A DNA stretch of 64,000 bases from positions 42,656,001 to 42,720,000 of the forward strand of contig CM060731.1 of assembly GCA_030704615.1 (NCBI GenBank), written 5' to 3'. The position numbers and the translations under genes are program-made. Of this stretch, positions 61,295 to 64,000 are shown piece by piece. The DNA is from Takakia lepidozioides (Eukaryota; Plantae; Bryophyta). The notes beneath the pieces were generated by a model. It did not search any database, was not told where the DNA came from, and was given only the letters and a program-made list of their open reading frames with translations. Each line of letters begins with the position of its first letter. The stretch's first letter is position 1.

Positions 61295-61620
61295 CCAGAG
61301 AGACGCCCTCTTCAAATCCATCAAGGGAATTGTGCCTGAACCTCTGTTTACCAACTTTGAAAGTCTCGAGGCTGAGCCAAAAGCCCAGGTCCTTTTGGGG
61401 CATAGTTATTGGGCAAATCACACACAGCAGATTGATGCTTGTGTGAAGGGATTTCTAGAGGATATCTGGAAAACTCGGATTAATTGTCTTTTCCAAGGTA
61501 AGTCATACTACCCGTGTAAGCCTGTGACAAATGTAGTTTCTGTCCCTTTGTGTTTTGCTCAAACTGTGCGCGGGGTCAATGGCCACAATGGTCAATGGCA
61601 AACATCGTCTAATGAGTACA
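61295..61620 (+). mobile_element. 5'-truncated copy of the 55154-59993 LINE family
   Basis: VPEPLFTNFESLEAEPKAQ...IDACVKGFLEDIWKTR; ends ATGAGTACA. Confidence 0.88.
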
Positions 61621-61660
61621 TCTATCAATCTCGCAGGTGTCTATGAGACTGTGTTATGGC

Positions 61661-61946
61661 CAGTGTTTTTATTTCTGGCGAAATTTCGTACTTTTTCGAC
61701 CTCAAAAATCAAAATCGAATATTCTGTCGTAAATTCCCTGTTTTCTCATGGATGAAATCGCCAAAATTCTCAAAACAAATATAAATCTGGGATGAATTCG
61801 CCTAATATGGATGATATACATGGATGAAAGTACAGAGGAGGATGACTCTGTCCAAATTTCAATGGATGAGCAGAAAATATGGCTATTTCCTGCAAAACTC
61901 AGTAGCGAGTCCTGTTCTTTTCAAAATTTGAAAAATAAAAACACTG
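61661..61946. mobile_element. hAT-type MITE
   Basis: TIR CAGTGTTTTTATT / AATAAAAACACTG, 8-bp TSD GTTATGGC/GTTATGGA, GGCGA/TCGCC subterminal motifs. Confidence 0.82.
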
Positions 61947-63419
61947 GTTATGGACTAGGTAACCGGCGAGAGGCCAGGGGTTACCGCATGTAGCTGAGGC
62001 GCGGTAGCGCCGAAGCTGCAGGCGGTAACCCGTTGGCCTCGAGCCGGTTACCGGACATAACAGGTTTTTCGAAACATCGAGAGTGACAATTCATCCATGC
62101 GCAGCCCGGTTATCGAATTTTTACATCCATGCACAGCCAAGGTTATCAAATCTTGTGAGGATTGCAGGTTACCGCCTGTAACCAGCGTCCAGTGAGCCAG
62201 TCGTTTGAAGACACGTACTCGACATGCTTCGAAAAACCGGTTATGGCTGAAAGGAGTCTCCAAGCTCTTTTTCACGGTAGCTTACTATAAGCATTGAGCC
62301 ATATCTACAGCTGATGTATTATAAAGGCTGATGATTGATTGGTTTCGTACTGACCTGTCAGATTTAGTCTTGAAATTGACGAGCTGACACTCGTCCCGTG
62401 ACAGCAACTGTGTGGCTATTTATACTCTTCCAATGAAGCCCGGGTGAAAACGAGGGATGGGAAGGTGGGACATACCCACTCCCAGCGAGGAGCCAGTATC
62501 ATGGTAGTGTAGAACGGAACAACAAACGCCGTGGAAAAAGTGAAGAGCGCCCCTGCTATATGCACGCCCCCAGGCCCTGGCACCGGTGCTGTTGCCCACC
62601 TCCCCATGCAAGAAGAAGTTGGGAATTCTCCAGATTAGAAATAAAGCTACACCAAGACCGGATATGTGTGTCCATGGAAGAGAGGTTTAACTCAAAAGCA
62701 ATTTATACGGCCTACATAAGATATCTATCAAGATTTTGAGGTGAAGTTGGGTATTGGAAAAATGCGCCCCTCGAAACAACAAAGAATCGACTCACTTGAA
62801 GCAACTGCCATGACACCACGACGCTGGTGCATTGAGGAGCACTCTTTGATGCGCCTCCATAGCTGCGGGGCCCAGTTTCCCAATCCATCAAGCCCTCTTC
62901 TCTCTGCTGAAAGCCAACTGTAGCCCACATTTTGCCAAGTGCCGGCACAATTTGCATATGTTGTATATGTGACCAATGGGCTGCAGAATTTTGCTTGGTA
63001 GGGGGGAAAATTTCCTTTTGTTGAGAGATTGATTGTCGAGAGCCTCGCATTTTGGTGGCCCTGACAAAAGTGCACAGGTGAAGTTCAAAAGACAGACCCA
63101 ATCTGCACTCTTGCTTAACCTTCTCCAAAACACAGACCCCCATCCCCCGGATCTTCTAAACACACACATTCCCGTAGAGAAAGAGAATAGGGAGAGAACC
63201 TGGTGTGTAGCAGGCACGAAGGTGGACAAGAGAGACAGCCCGCCATGGCCTTCACATTGTCTTTCTCTCTCAGCCCTGTGGCGGAGTTGATCACCAGGAC
63301 TATTCAAAGAAAAGGTTAGGGGTCGACTCCATTCTTTTAGTTTTCTTAAAGGTTAAAGTTGAGCCACAAATGCCTGTTACCATGAGGCGGTAACTCTGCG
63401 CCGCCACTTTGGCCTGCAT

Positions 63420-64000
63420 CAAGATTGGAAGTTCTAAGCTGCATATCATGACTAGTTAGGGGTTCACTGATGTAGGCATCAGAGAAGTCGCAGTAGCTGT
63501 TGTTAGCTAGCTGATCAAAATATATATAGAGCTGGTACTAATTGACGTCCACCCAGGCGCCAGTAAGATTTCTGAAAGGAAGACACACGGACCACACTAT
63601 GAAGAAACATGGAAGCTACAAGCAGACACTTCCCACCATAAAAGAAGCAGAAGAGATACTGAGCTGGGCGCACAAGCACAGCTAGAGATCAATTTGAGAG
63701 GTTCAATACTTTTGAAGGAGGATAAAAGCTGCCGCAGTTGTAGAATGCCTATAGTCAAGAATGAGGAGCTGCTGACGGTGAGGAACTCGCGACTGATGAG
63801 ATTTCTGGAAAGACTGAGAGACGAATACCAAGGAATGATGATGTGTATGGCTGTCAAAGCCGATGTAGTACCTGTTGGTATCCTAGGGTAATCCACCTGG
63901 AAGTATCATAGGCTCCCCTAATTCGATCGTACAACTATGCTGAGAAAGATTATCATGAGAACCTAGCTTAACCTTAAAACTTAGGCTGCATCTCGGCTGC
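63420..64000 (+). pseudogene. duplicate of the 37010-37670 segment with a frameshifted copy of the 96-aa ORF (63599-63891)
   Basis: Colinear similarity from CAAGATTGGAAGTTCTAAGCTGCATA to AACCTAGCTTAACC; 1-nt deletion near 63676 shifts the frame. Confidence 0.8.

Larger units (their letters stand above)
54315..63246 (-). pseudogene. ABA4: ABA4 (neoxanthin biosynthesis, DUF4281) gene, disrupted
   Basis: Minus-strand exons 63246-63200, 63060-62797, ~62600-62476 (ALFTFSTAFVVPFYTTMILAP), 60250-60122 ([34 protein letters not shown]) and 55020-54932 ([21 protein letters not shown], donor reads ATAAGG). The next exon ([27 protein letters not shown]) lies on the + strand at 54315-54421 with a 1-nt insertion. 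Confidence 0.85.

Noticed and set aside
61955-62290. GGTAACC/GGTTACC-rich segment
   Set aside because: Probably subterminal repeats of a hAT relic, but no TIR pair or TSD could be defined.

Overview
Eukaryotic nuclear DNA from a non-seed land plant, probably a bryophyte. This is inferred from the short GT-AG introns, PLS-class PPR genes, a Tcn1-type chromovirus and moss-like MITE/Helitron repeats. Host genes: a 24-exon MER3/RCK meiotic crossover helicase (- strand, 20905-12232) head-to-head with a plastid zf-DNL (ZR1/HEP2-like) gene, tRNA-Thr(AGT), an apparently intact PLS-PPR gene ending after E1, and a small unknown ORF present in two copies. Dead or partial genes: two PPR relics, a TYDC/AADC fragment, a 1-kb MER3 duplicate, and an ABA4 gene broken by a donor mutation and an inverted, frameshifted exon (it also carries intronic LINE insertions). 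Mobile DNA: a three-level nest (an L1 3' end, interrupted by a self-priming Tcn1-like Ty3/gypsy element, itself interrupted by a PHD-finger LTR element), an 11.7-kb Mutator-like element with ~350-bp TIRs, a full-length RTE/RTEX-like LINE with TSDs, and several hAT, pogo and other MITEs. The three main observations are these. (1) The MULE is saturated on both strands with one short motif (AGTCY/RGACT) in TIRs, introns and its Gln-rich coding repeats, and carries a zinc-finger plus Ulp1 accessory gene. This resembles VANDAL/VANC sequence-specific anti-silencing and may be an independent system. (2) The 222-bp tandem array behind MER3 is an amplified intron plus 99-nt in-phase exon cassette encoding an SP-rich 33-aa repeat. 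(3) Two retroelements carry possible chromatin-reading modules: a PHD finger before a PPT, and a triplicated LKVYTRR motif in a LINE ORF1. Coordinates were read by eye and homology calls come from recalled motifs, not database searches.
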